From positions 55,338 to 119,337 of the forward strand of contig JBMFSQ010000010.1 of assembly GCA_049967475.1 (NCBI GenBank): a DNA stretch of 64,000 nucleotides, given 5' to 3'. Shown here piece after piece: positions 8,952 through 17,921 of this stretch (position 1 is the first letter of the stretch; every line of letters starts with the position of its first letter). The DNA is from Chthonomonadales bacterium. Its GTDB lineage: Bacteria > Armatimonadota > Chthonomonadetes > Chthonomonadales > CAJBBX01. The notes beneath the pieces were generated by a model. That model was not told where the DNA came from and did no database searches. It saw nothing but the letters and a program-made list of their open reading frames with translations. The position numbers and the translations under genes are program-made.

Positions 8952-10976
8952 ATGGCACCGCATGAAGCTTCTATCGAGGAGTACCTTCGGCCGGGCGGTG
9001 CCCTGTCGCTTCATCTTTCGGGCTACGAATACCGACCTGAACAGGAACGAGTTTGCCGCGCCATCGAAGAGGCTCTCTGCGCAGGCAAGCATTGCCTCGT
9101 GGAAGCGGGAACCGGCGTAGGGAAGTCCCTGGCCTACCTGCTCCCCGCGGCACGGGCGATCGCCGACCGGAAGAGAGTCTGCATCTCCACCTACACCCTC
9201 AACCTTCAATCACAGCTCATCCAGAAGGATATTCCTCTGGTGCAGGAGCTGATGCCCGAAGCCGACATCAGGCCGGCAGTGCTCAAGGGGCGAGCCAATT
9301 ACCTTTGCCTGCAGGATCTCGAGGGAGCAGAACAGAGCCTCTTCGGCTATAACGATCCGCTGGTGGCTCGCCTCAAGCAATGGGCTCGCGACACGGCAAC
9401 CGGTGACCGGGCCGATCTCGATTTCGCCTTCCCAGCCTGGGGCGAGGTTGCGGCGAACATAGACACGTGCCGGCACCAGGAGTGCCGCTTTTACGACGGA
9501 TGTTTCTACTACGCCATGCGGGCGGCGGCATCAGAGGCGAACCTCTTCGTGGTGAACCACGCGCTCTTCCTCAGCGATCTTGTAATTCGCCGCACAGACC
9601 CTACAGCAAGCCTCATCCCCGATTATGACATCGCCATACTAGACGAAGCCCATCGCCTGGAGGATGCCGCAACCGGCGCCCTCGGCATCGAGGTGAGCAA
9701 CAGCCGCGTGCGCCGCTTCCTGGAGCGGGTGGCTCGCATCCCGGGCGCCGGACCGGATACGACGCGGGTGGAGGCGGTGGAGAAGACCTGTGCCAAGCTC
9801 TTTGAAGCCTTCCCCTCCAACCCCGGCGAATTCGCCTTCGAAGACGTGCTCGATGCGGCGTCAGAGCAGCGTGTCCACGAGCTGGCGTCCGAGGTGTTGG
9901 TAGGGCTTCAAGCAATTGTTCAGGAGCTCATCGGGCTTGCGAAAGACGCAGACACGGACACGCGGAGGGAACTTCTGGATGGGCTTGCCCGCCGGGGCAG
10001 CCGCCTCAAGGAGGAGCTCGAGCAGCTTATCTTCGGCAAGGATCCCAATTACATCCAGTGGGCTGAATGCACCATGCCTCTCGGAACCCCCGAGGGCGCA
10101 CCGCGCCGCTCTAACCTTAGGAGCAATTTGACACTCCACTACTCTCCTGTTGTGGTTGCAGACGCCCTAAAGGACCTTTTGTGGAGCAGCGCAAAGTCCT
10201 GTGTCCTCACCTCCGCCACGCTTGCCGACACTACCGGGTTCACCTACGTGCGTTCCCGCCTTGGGTTGGAAGGCCCCGCCGTGGAACATGTGGAGGGGTC
10301 TCCGTTCGACTATGCCCGCAATACGGTGTTGTACGTTCCCAGGCACATGCCGTCGCCGAAGGAAGTCGCCGACACGGAATTTGCTCGACTGGCAGCGGAG
10401 GAAATCTCGCGCCTGGTGCGGCTCACCCGCGGGCGGGCATTCCTTCTATTCACATCGCGTCGGATGATGAACGCGGTTCACACCCTCCTTAAAGACAGCC
10501 TGGACCTTCCGGTTTTCCTGCAAGGGGATTTGCCGCCTGCGATGCTGCTGGATGCCTTCAAGGCCAGCGGGTGTGGTGTGCTGTTTGGAACCCAAACCTT
10601 TTGGGAGGGAGTGGACGTTCAGGGCGAGGCCCTTTCCTGCGTAGTGATTGACCGCTTACCCTTTGCCGTACCGGACGCGCCCATCGTTCGGGCCCGCACA
10701 AACGCTATAAAAGACGCCGGCGGGAATTGGTTCTATGAGTATTCGGTTCCTATGGCCCAGATACGCTTGAAGCAAGGCTTTGGCCGCCTTATCCGAACCC
10801 GCCGGGATTACGGCATCGTGTGCATCCTGGACACCCGCATCTTGGCAGCTCGGTACGGCCGCGAGTTTCTGGCGCACCTCCCGCCGGCCAAACTCGTTGT
10901 GCACTGGCCCCACGTAGAAGAACAATGGAAGCGCTGGACCGCCGACACGTCCCGTGAGGCCACCCGCGAAGGATAG
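8952..10976 (+). CDS. dinG: DinG/YoaA family ATP-dependent DNA helicase
   Basis: Q motif YRPEQ, EAGTGVGKS, DEAH, Fe-S cysteines (YLC..TCRHQEC...C), SATL, FWEGVDV, QGFGRLIR. Confidence 0.92.
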   Translation: MAPHEASIEEYLRPGGALSLHLSGYEYRPEQERVCRAIEEALCAGKHCLVEAGTGVGKSLAYLLPAARAIADRKRVCISTYTLNLQSQLIQKDIPLVQELMPEADIRPAVLKGRANYLCLQDLEGAEQSLFGYNDPLVARLKQWARDTATGDRADLDFAFPAWGEVAANIDTCRHQECRFYDGCFYYAMRAAASEANLFVVNHALFLSDLVIRRTDPTASLIPDYDIAILDEAHRLEDAATGALGIEVSNSRVRRFLERVARIPGAGPDTTRVEAVEKTCAKLFEAFPSNPGEFAFEDVLDAASEQRVHELASEVLVGLQAIVQELIGLAKDADTDTRRELLDGLARRGSRLKEELEQLIFGKDPNYIQWAECTMPLGTPEGAPRRSNLRSNLTLHYSPVVVADALKDLLWSSAKSCVLTSATLADTTGFTYVRSRLGLEGPAVEHVEGSPFDYARNTVLYVPRHMPSPKEVADTEFARLAAEEISRLVRLTRGRAFLLFTSRRMMNAVHTLLKDSLDLPVFLQGDLPPAMLLDAFKASGCGVLFGTQTFWEGVDVQGEALSCVVIDRLPFAVPDAPIVRARTNAIKDAGGNWFYEYSVPMAQIRLKQGFGRLIRTRRDYGIVCILDTRILAARYGREFLAHLPPAKLVVHWPHVEEQWKRWTADTSREATREG

Positions 10977-11075
10977 GCCGGGTCGGGCCAAGCGCTGATG
11001 CCGCGGCGTGCCTGCGGGGTGGCGCCAACGTCGGTCACCACCCCGCAAGCACTCTAATCATCTGGAGGCCAAACC

Positions 11076-13013
11076 TCAGGCTTCTTTGACCGCACTCAGG
11101 GCCGCCTCGAGTTCGTGCGCCTGCTGTCGCTCCTCAGCGGTGCGCGCCGCCTTCAACAGATCCTCCAACAAGCGTGCGGCCTCCGGCTTCTCGCCGAACG
11201 ACACACGCCGAACGTAGGTAACTGCCTCTTCCCGATCCATTCCTGCAAGCATCCCGGCCAGAGTTTGGGCGGCTTCCCGCAGCGTGTCGAAGTCCATCCT
11301 GCCGCCCCGCTTCCCATTCAACGTTGCAGTGAGGTATTGCGCCTGCCAGGCCAGCCCAGGCGCATCCAGAACACTGCCGGTGAACACCTCGGCGAGGTTG
11401 AGTTCCGGCAACTGGAGGATGGCAGGGATGGCCGGCTCTTCATCCCCCATGAGGTCCGCGAGATCTGATGCGCCGTTCCGTAGAAGCTCCATCGCTTCGG
11501 CTGCTGCCGCGGCGGCTTTCTCCATATCCCCTACCGCCATAGCGCAACGGGCCACCATCAAGGCTGCCTCCAGCCGATACAGGGGTGCATGATGGCGCTC
11601 AGACGCTTCCCGCGCACGTTCGGCTTGCTGGAGTGCATCGCGAAGCGTGGAAGACGCGCCCTCCCCACCGGCCATGGCCAGCAAGGTTCGAGCCAGGATC
11701 AAGCGCGCGCGCACCACGTCAAGGGTGCGGCCGAGAGAGTTTTCGGCCCCTGCGATCGCATCGGATGCATTGGAGGCTGCGTCGTCGTATTGGCCTGCCA
11801 CATAGTACGCGCTCGCCATGGCGTTGGACGCCACCGTCTCCACACGGGGCAATTGGGCCTTCAGGGCAAGGCGGTAGGCCGAACGCGCCAGGTCCTTGGC
11901 TCTGCCGGCGGGACCTACCCACGCCAAGACCTCGGCGAGAAGGGACTGGGCGAGGCTCGATCGGGCTATTTCCGTTTCTAGGAAGCTGCCGAGTGTCACC
12001 GCAAGATCCAGGTGTTTGCGTGCCTCCTGCGGACGACCCATCCACAACAGCACTTGAACGGCCGGAAGAAGCGCGTCCAGGAAGTGGCCCAAGTCCTTTG
12101 CTTCCCCAGCCTCCCGCATGCGGCGCGTCCACAGAGATAGAGCCGGCTGCAAATGGCCTGTGGCTAATGCCAAGGCGGCAGTAACATCGGTAAGGGCGGC
12201 AATACCTTCCGGCGTGCCGTATTCGCCTTCTGCCTTTTCGAGCGTACGTCCGGCTTCCAAGATTGCCCGAAGTGCCAGATCCTTTCGGTGGGCTGCCAGA
12301 TGCGCACGCGCCATGGCCAAATGCCCGCGCCACCGCACTTCCGCAGGGCCGGCCTCTCCTACAACCCGCGCTTGTTCGATAGCGCCGTCGTAGTCTTCCT
12401 CTTCCAGCGCACACGCAGCCAGGTCAAGTGCAGTGCTCGCCACGTGCCGCTCCATATCGAGGATGGCGAACAACTCCTTCGCCAGAGTGAGGTGGATGCG
12501 GCCATTGGAGAGGTTGCCGGTTTCGCATTCGACACGCCCGAGGCGCGCCAATACAACGGCTTCCGCTTTGCGATCACTCAATACCTTGGCCACGCCCAAC
12601 ATCTCGTGGAGAACGCTGGCAAGGGCATTGGGATTTCGCCGCGGCTCGTCGTAGGCGTTCGCCAGCAACTCAAGCTGACGCAACTGTCCCGAGGCGCGAT
12701 CCGCACCCCCGACCACCTCCAGCGGGAGTTCGGCGTTTGCTGCTGCTGCAAAGGCCGACCGCGCATCACGGTCGGGGTCGAAGAACTCCAGGGTCACATT
12801 GGTTCGTTCACAGATCCCATCCAGCACGTCGGGAGGAACACTCGTAACCCCGCGCACATACTGGTACATCTTGACGGGCCTAAGCCCGAGCGCGATGGCA
12901 AGATCCTTCAGGCTGATCCCGGCGCTCGCCGCCGCCACCTTGATGCGCTCACCTACCCGCGAGCGCGTTTCGGGATCCCGGATGCGTGCAATAAGTACGT
13001 TTCTTTTCTGCAT
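11076..13013 (-). CDS. XRE-type HTH transcriptional regulator with long TPR-like helical C-terminus
   Basis: N-terminal GERIK...ISLKDLAIALG...YQYVRG...LDGICERTNVTLEFF HTH; Ala/Leu-rich TPR-like repeats; strong SD AGGAGGAG. Confidence 0.75.
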   Translation of the reverse strand: MQKRNVLIARIRDPETRSRVGERIKVAAASAGISLKDLAIALGLRPVKMYQYVRGVTSVPPDVLDGICERTNVTLEFFDPDRDARSAFAAAANAELPLEVVGGADRASGQLRQLELLANAYDEPRRNPNALASVLHEMLGVAKVLSDRKAEAVVLARLGRVECETGNLSNGRIHLTLAKELFAILDMERHVASTALDLAACALEEEDYDGAIEQARVVGEAGPAEVRWRGHLAMARAHLAAHRKDLALRAILEAGRTLEKAEGEYGTPEGIAALTDVTAALALATGHLQPALSLWTRRMREAGEAKDLGHFLDALLPAVQVLLWMGRPQEARKHLDLAVTLGSFLETEIARSSLAQSLLAEVLAWVGPAGRAKDLARSAYRLALKAQLPRVETVASNAMASAYYVAGQYDDAASNASDAIAGAENSLGRTLDVVRARLILARTLLAMAGGEGASSTLRDALQQAERAREASERHHAPLYRLEAALMVARCAMAVGDMEKAAAAAAEAMELLRNGASDLADLMGDEEPAIPAILQLPELNLAEVFTGSVLDAPGLAWQAQYLTATLNGKRGGRMDFDTLREAAQTLAGMLAGMDREEAVTYVRRVSFGEKPEAARLLEDLLKAARTAEERQQAHELEAALSAVKEA

Positions 13014-13309
13014 GCTTAAGTCTCTCCTCCTGGCCGCCAGTTACTATGGGGTAGTTGCTACTACCCTCCACTATTCGTAACATACGCTGTTTCGCCATGG
13101 CCGTATTACCCAGTGGCCCAAACGCCTGGGCATCTACATGCGCCCTGCGCATTAGAGGGGCGAACGTTCGCCTGTTGCAGGCATACTGGTCCCTTCCAGT
13201 ACGGCCTTCGCGGCTCTCGACAAACATCGTCTCTTCGGTCAAAAAGGTTGCGAAACCAGCCCTCCTTTCACCCTCGGGTACGGCAACGATGGTACCGATG
13301 TTGCCCCTG

Positions 13310-14347
13310 TCATTTGATTATTTCGCGTGCAAACGATGCAACTCCTGCTTGTTCATAGATCTTGTTCAGGGCTTCCACGGCCATAAGCGCTTCCTGCCCA
13401 GGTACCATCGGGGTTTGACCCGTGCGTATGGCCTTCACGAAATCCTCAAACAAGACGCGGTGCCCTTCCAAACCTATCGCCATCGGGTCGGAGGCGCCGC
13501 CCAGGGCGACTTCTTGCGGGCCGATCTCGCTCAGCCGATCTTGGCCGCCGTACCCGAAGACGGTAACCCTGGCATCTTCAAAGGCAGCGGAGCCCTCGGT
13601 GCCGAAGACCTCGACACGAGTGCCCAAATCGGGCGAGCAGCACGTACTGGCCTCGATCACGCCTCGCGCCCCACTTTCGAAGCGCATCACTGCGACGGCA
13701 TGGTCCTCTGCTTCCATCTGGTGGCAAAGCGTGTCCACCCGGGCATACTCCACATCCACCACTCGTCCGGCCAGCCAGCACAGGTGATCCAGGGCGTGGA
13801 TCGCCTGGTTTGCAAGCACACCGCCATCGAGGGCGCGTGTCCCACGCCAGCCATCTGCGCCATAGTAGCTTTGGGGGCGCCACCACTTCACATAGGCGCT
13901 GCACGAAAGCAGCCTTCCCAATGCGCCGCGCCGAACTGCATCGGCCACGGCTCGTGCGCCGGCTAAGGTCCGCCTCTGGAAGATGCAAGCGAGAGTAAGG
14001 CCGCGCGATTGGCATTCCCGCACGAGTTCTGCGGCCCGTTGAAAGGAGAGATCCAGAGGCTTCTCCACGATCAAATGGAGGCCGTACCTGGCGGCGACCA
14101 TTCCTTGAGATGCATGGAGGCCCGACGGCGTGCAGATATCCACGGCGTCCACCAGGCCCGATGCCGCCATCGCCTCAACGTCGTCAAAGGGTGCGGCGCC
14201 GAGCTCTTTGGCGGCGGCAGTGGCGCGAGCCGCATCGGCGTCGCATACGGCGGTGACGCTCGCCCCCGGCACAAGAGGCCACAATTCGAGATGCTTGCGG
14301 CCCATTGCGCCGCATCCGATCACACCGATCCTCACGCCGTCCTTCAT
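13310..14347 (-). CDS. Gfo/Idh/MocA family oxidoreductase
   Basis: IGVIGCGAMG, ICTPSGLH, VEKPL, GGVLANQAIHALD; SD GGAGGTG before ATG 14347. Confidence 0.9.
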   Translation of the reverse strand: MKDGVRIGVIGCGAMGRKHLELWPLVPGASVTAVCDADAARATAAAKELGAAPFDDVEAMAASGLVDAVDICTPSGLHASQGMVAARYGLHLIVEKPLDLSFQRAAELVRECQSRGLTLACIFQRRTLAGARAVADAVRRGALGRLLSCSAYVKWWRPQSYYGADGWRGTRALDGGVLANQAIHALDHLCWLAGRVVDVEYARVDTLCHQMEAEDHAVAVMRFESGARGVIEASTCCSPDLGTRVEVFGTEGSAAFEDARVTVFGYGGQDRLSEIGPQEVALGGASDPMAIGLEGHRVLFEDFVKAIRTGQTPMVPGQEALMAVEALNKIYEQAGVASFAREIIK

Positions 14348-14546
14348 GGGCACCTCCGGCGCCGGAATTCGCCGACAGACCGCGCTATTCCTGCCGTTCA
14401 GCGAGGAAGCCGCCGCTGGTTTTACAATCAAATGGGCATCAAAAACAGGCGCAGGACCTCCGGAATGGGAGCATCCTGCGCAACGACGAAGCTGTATCGG
14501 TCGGCGGACCGTAACGCCCGGCGCCATGGCGACGCAGGGAAACGCT

Positions 14547-15194
14547 CTAGCCCTTCATTATAGGCACCGTGGCGGTATCGGCTTCAGAACGCACGGCAGA
14601 CGGCCTCCTTCTGCGGTATGGCCTGCGGAGGCAAATCTGTTGGTAGTCGAGACCTGCAGCCGTCAGAGCGCGATCCCACGAACCGAACCTCCTGCGCGCC
14701 GCAGTAATCAGAGAGATGTTCTGTTCCTCCATGCTCTTGGCGTTGAGATCCACGCCCTGGGCATACAGATCTCTCAGCCGCCGTACGATGGTCTCTTCAT
14801 TCCATCTTTTGTAACGGCGAACCGTTTCATAATCAATCCCTGCCGCTTCGATGGCAGCCCGCCACGATCCGAAGTGCTTCTTTTTTGTGGCAGCCGCCGC
14901 AAGTTGCGGATCCAGAACCGTGCTCACGTAGCGCCAGGAGAGGTCTTCCCCACGGGCATGGAGCTCCCTGATGCGCTCCACAATCGCCTGGGGGCTCCAG
15001 GCGTTGTACCGCCGTATCTTTATATAGTCGAGGCCGGCAAATTCTACAGCCGCCCACCAAGAACCGAAGTAGCGTGTGGCCGCCCGTAGCAGCGCCACGC
15101 GCTGATGGGCCACCCGCGCATAGTTCAGCGGTTCCCCGGCCGCAGCCATCTTCCTAATCTCAGCCGCGATCGTGTCCTTGCTCCACTTCTGCAC
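14547..15194 (-). CDS. 215-aa protein made of three ~62-65-aa 'W..E.I...G..L...FGSW..A...AG.DY' repeats (homing-endonuclease-associated-repeat-like, probable DNA binding)
   Basis: Three internal repeats visible in translation; GTG 15194 preceded by AAGGAGGGAG; basic C-terminal tail. Confidence 0.7.
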   Translation of the reverse strand: MQKWSKDTIAAEIRKMAAAGEPLNYARVAHQRVALLRAATRYFGSWWAAVEFAGLDYIKIRRYNAWSPQAIVERIRELHARGEDLSWRYVSTVLDPQLAAAATKKKHFGSWRAAIEAAGIDYETVRRYKRWNEETIVRRLRDLYAQGVDLNAKSMEEQNISLITAARRRFGSWDRALTAAGLDYQQICLRRPYRRRRPSAVRSEADTATVPIMKG

Positions 15195-15348
15195 GCGCAG
15201 TGCTCCCTCCTTGTGAATTGCCATCGGAACAAAGGCCGCTTGAGCTCGTCGGCGTACCATTCGGCACCGGATGCACAGCCTTCCCGGGCGCGGATCCATT
15301 CCCCAACCGAGAACGGCATGCAATGCGTCGGCTCTGTCCCACGCTAAT

Positions 15349-15424
15349 ATCATGGGCCACATGTTCCGGCCCTGTCAACCCTTGGACTGCCGATCTTGAC
15401 AAGAGCACGGTACTTCGGTAGGAT
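15349..15424. promoter_or_regulatory. back-to-back sigma70-type promoters
   Basis: Plus: TTGACA(15396-15401)-N17-TAGGAT(15419-15424); minus: TTGACA(15378-15373)-N18-CATGAT(15354-15349). Confidence 0.65.
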
Positions 15425-15474
15425 AATATCATTGTTGCTTGTTTAAGCGAGCCTACACTACAAGGAGACGCTCA

Positions 15475-16827
15475 ATGCACTCCCTGAGAACCCACACCAC
15501 ATCCGATCCCCAAGGCCGCCGCCTCCGTTCAACCAGCCGCACCCCGCTTCAGCGGCAGACGTACTTTACCGTCGAGGAGAGCGCCCGCATCATCCACAGT
15601 TACTTCTCGCTGGAATTCGAGCTGTTCACAACACTCTGCGGCGCCATCGCCATGATCCCGGAGCTCGAGCTGAAAATCGCCATGGCTCATCACCTGCACA
15701 CGGCAATGCTGCGCGCCCGCGCCCTGCGAGATCGCTGCTCCGATTTCCTCATGCGTGAACCGGAGCGCCAAGTTTTGCCGCAATGGGCGAACTTTGTGCG
15801 CCACCTGATGAGCGCTCCCGACGCAGAAACCATCCTGGCGGCTCTCTACCGTGTAGTCCGCCCTACCCAGCTCAGCACGTATGAGTTCCACTTCCGCAGC
15901 ACCCTTCCCGTCAATGACGCACCCACCCGAGAGCTGTTCGCGATGCATCTTCCCGCGCTTCGCGAAGAGGTGGCATGGGGTAGGGCCAGGTTCGGCCAGT
16001 GCGGCAACGAAGGTTTCTTGAAGGATCTCCAGAACCACCTGGCGCTCCTGGGCGGGCCTACGGCGATGTTTGCCGCACAAGGAGCAAACGGCATCCCACA
16101 CTATCCGGAATGGCGCCCGCCCAAGGAAATGGCCTTGGAAGATCGCTTTGAGATCCAAAGTGCGGACCGCTATACTTTGCCCGACTGGCCGGAATACGAA
16201 GCCATTCCCACGGCATACACCCACTTTACAGAGTTACCGGTGATTGATATCTGCGGCGTAATCGTCTATGACGGCCGCAAGTATTCCATGCCCTTCGAGT
16301 TCTACCAAGACTTCACCCGCCAAGTATGGGATGAAGCACGTCACACCCAAATGGGCATGGACCGCCTTATCGCTTTCGGAGTGGATCCGTACAAAGTTCC
16401 GATACCCGTGGGACACTACAGCGTATGGGCCAACATCAGTCTCCTGCATCGCCTGGCCAGTCTCACCCAGGTAGGGGAAGCCTGCAGTTTCGCGCCCAAG
16501 CGGGCTTGGGTAGCAGCCGCATGGAAGCGCCGCGACGCCCTTTCGGCGCTGGAGCACGAGTACGATATCGTGGATGAACGCACCCACGTAATGTTCGGGG
16601 CTCGATGGATCAAAGACCTCATGAAGCGCACAGGCGAGAAGCGTTCAGTAAAGCGCGTAGTACAGGATGCCGACTGGGAATTCCGCGAGAAGATCAACGC
16701 CTTGAGGAAGCAAAAGGGAGAGAATTGGTCTGAAGACTTGGGTTCCCGCTTCATGGGATGCGGTACGAACACTTCACCCGTCAGCCTGGCTCCCGCTCTG
16801 GACGGCATCCCCAACATCATCGCCTGA
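15475..16827 (+). CDS. ferritin-like diiron protein (DUF455-like C-terminal domain)
   Basis: E / DEARH / E / DERTH ligand spacing (HFTELP, WDEARH, VGEAC, VDERTH); SD AAGGAG before ATG 15475. Confidence 0.7.
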   Translation: MHSLRTHTTSDPQGRRLRSTSRTPLQRQTYFTVEESARIIHSYFSLEFELFTTLCGAIAMIPELELKIAMAHHLHTAMLRARALRDRCSDFLMREPERQVLPQWANFVRHLMSAPDAETILAALYRVVRPTQLSTYEFHFRSTLPVNDAPTRELFAMHLPALREEVAWGRARFGQCGNEGFLKDLQNHLALLGGPTAMFAAQGANGIPHYPEWRPPKEMALEDRFEIQSADRYTLPDWPEYEAIPTAYTHFTELPVIDICGVIVYDGRKYSMPFEFYQDFTRQVWDEARHTQMGMDRLIAFGVDPYKVPIPVGHYSVWANISLLHRLASLTQVGEACSFAPKRAWVAAAWKRRDALSALEHEYDIVDERTHVMFGARWIKDLMKRTGEKRSVKRVVQDADWEFREKINALRKQKGENWSEDLGSRFMGCGTNTSPVSLAPALDGIPNIIA

Positions 16828-17592
16828 GGGTACTCGGAACCAGGCAAAGTACTCGCGGTTCCCGCCGGCGCCGGGCAAGGCGGAGGCGACCACGCCCCGC
16901 ACTTCCAGCGCCAATTGCTGCGATCCGAACCCAATTACTTTTTCTACGGCGCGATGCCTTGCCGCTTTGCTCCGAACGACGCCTCTGCTGCCCACCGCCT
17001 GGCGTCCCGCCTCGAACTCGGGCTTGATCAGGGCGAGGATATGGCCTCCCGGCCGCACCAGCCGCGCCACGGCCGGCAGCACCAAGGTCAGTGAAATGAA
17101 GGACACATCCACTGCGGCGAGATCGAATGGTTCAGGGAAGTTGGCGGCTTCCAGGTAGCGGGCGTTGATGCCTTCGTACAGGTGCACGCGCGGATCGGCC
17201 CGGAGAGATGGATGCATCTGGCCGTGCCCCACATCCACGGCAGTCACCTCCGCCGCTCCCCGCCGCAGCAGGCACTCAGTAAAGCCGCCTGCAGCACAGC
17301 CCACATCCAGGCAGCGGAGGCGGGCGACATTCAGCCGGAAATGCTTCAACGCGCGCTCCAGCTTCGCGCCGCCCCTGCTCACATAGGGCTGGGCTTCCTC
17401 GTCCACGGCGATGGGAGCAGACGGATCTATAAAGCTGCCGGGTTTGCGCACGACGGCGTCCCCAACCCGAACCAATCCGCGCTGGATTAGGCTTTGGGCG
17501 CGCTCACGGCTCGGGGCAAGCCCTCGGGCTACCATGAGGCGATCGAGCCGATCCGGCCTGCTTCCGCCCTCCGCAGCATCCGTTGAAGCCAC
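16774..17592 (-). CDS. tlyA: TlyA family rRNA (cytidine-2'-O)-methyltransferase
   Basis: S4 domain RLDRLMVARGL..SRERA, YVSRGGAKL, LDVG...GGFT, DVSFISL, LIKPEFE, GNREY; start GTG 17592 or 17607. Confidence 0.92.
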   Translation of the reverse strand: MASTDAAEGGSRPDRLDRLMVARGLAPSRERAQSLIQRGLVRVGDAVVRKPGSFIDPSAPIAVDEEAQPYVSRGGAKLERALKHFRLNVARLRCLDVGCAAGGFTECLLRRGAAEVTAVDVGHGQMHPSLRADPRVHLYEGINARYLEAANFPEPFDLAAVDVSFISLTLVLPAVARLVRPGGHILALIKPEFEAGRQAVGSRGVVRSKAARHRAVEKVIGFGSQQLALEVRGVVASALPGAGGNREYFAWFRVPSGDDVGDAVQSGSQADG

Positions 17593-17603
17593 TGCTGCGC
17601 TCC

Positions 17604-17861
17604 TCACAGGTTTACGGTGTCCTTGCCCACAGAGCGCTGGAGGGCATCCACTCCAAGGCCTGTGGTCTCCAACCATGCGATGGCGCGCTGTACCTCTTCC
17701 AAAGGCCCTTCCAAATCTACTTCGGCCCAGCCAAAATCCTCGGTGATCTGGGCGCGGCGAATGTTGGGAACCACGTTGAAATCCTTTCCCAAGCGGTACA
17801 GTACGGGCTGACGCGCCTGCTCGGGTGTGCGAGTGGTAATGCGTACGGTGATGATGGGCAT
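17604..17861 (-). CDS. stand-alone NIL-domain protein
   Basis: QPVLYRLGKDFNVVPNIRRAQI...GW..VDLEG..EEV..AI.WL pattern; SD AAGGAG. Confidence 0.8.
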   Translation of the reverse strand: MPIITVRITTRTPEQARQPVLYRLGKDFNVVPNIRRAQITEDFGWAEVDLEGPLEEVQRAIAWLETTGLGVDALQRSVGKDTVNL

Positions 17862-17921
17862 GGTACGAAACAGCTCCTTCTGAGGGATCTTGCTTCCTTC
17901 GATAATTCGGCTTTGATGAGC

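Noticed and set aside
8952..10976. DinG as part of a type IV CRISPR or defence system
   Set aside because: No cas genes, array or nuclease neighbours; looks like housekeeping YoaA/DinG
13030..13132. ZTP-riboswitch-like fragments (GTAACTGGCG and CGCCTGGGCA)
   Set aside because: The two pieces lie on opposite strands, so the aptamer cannot form
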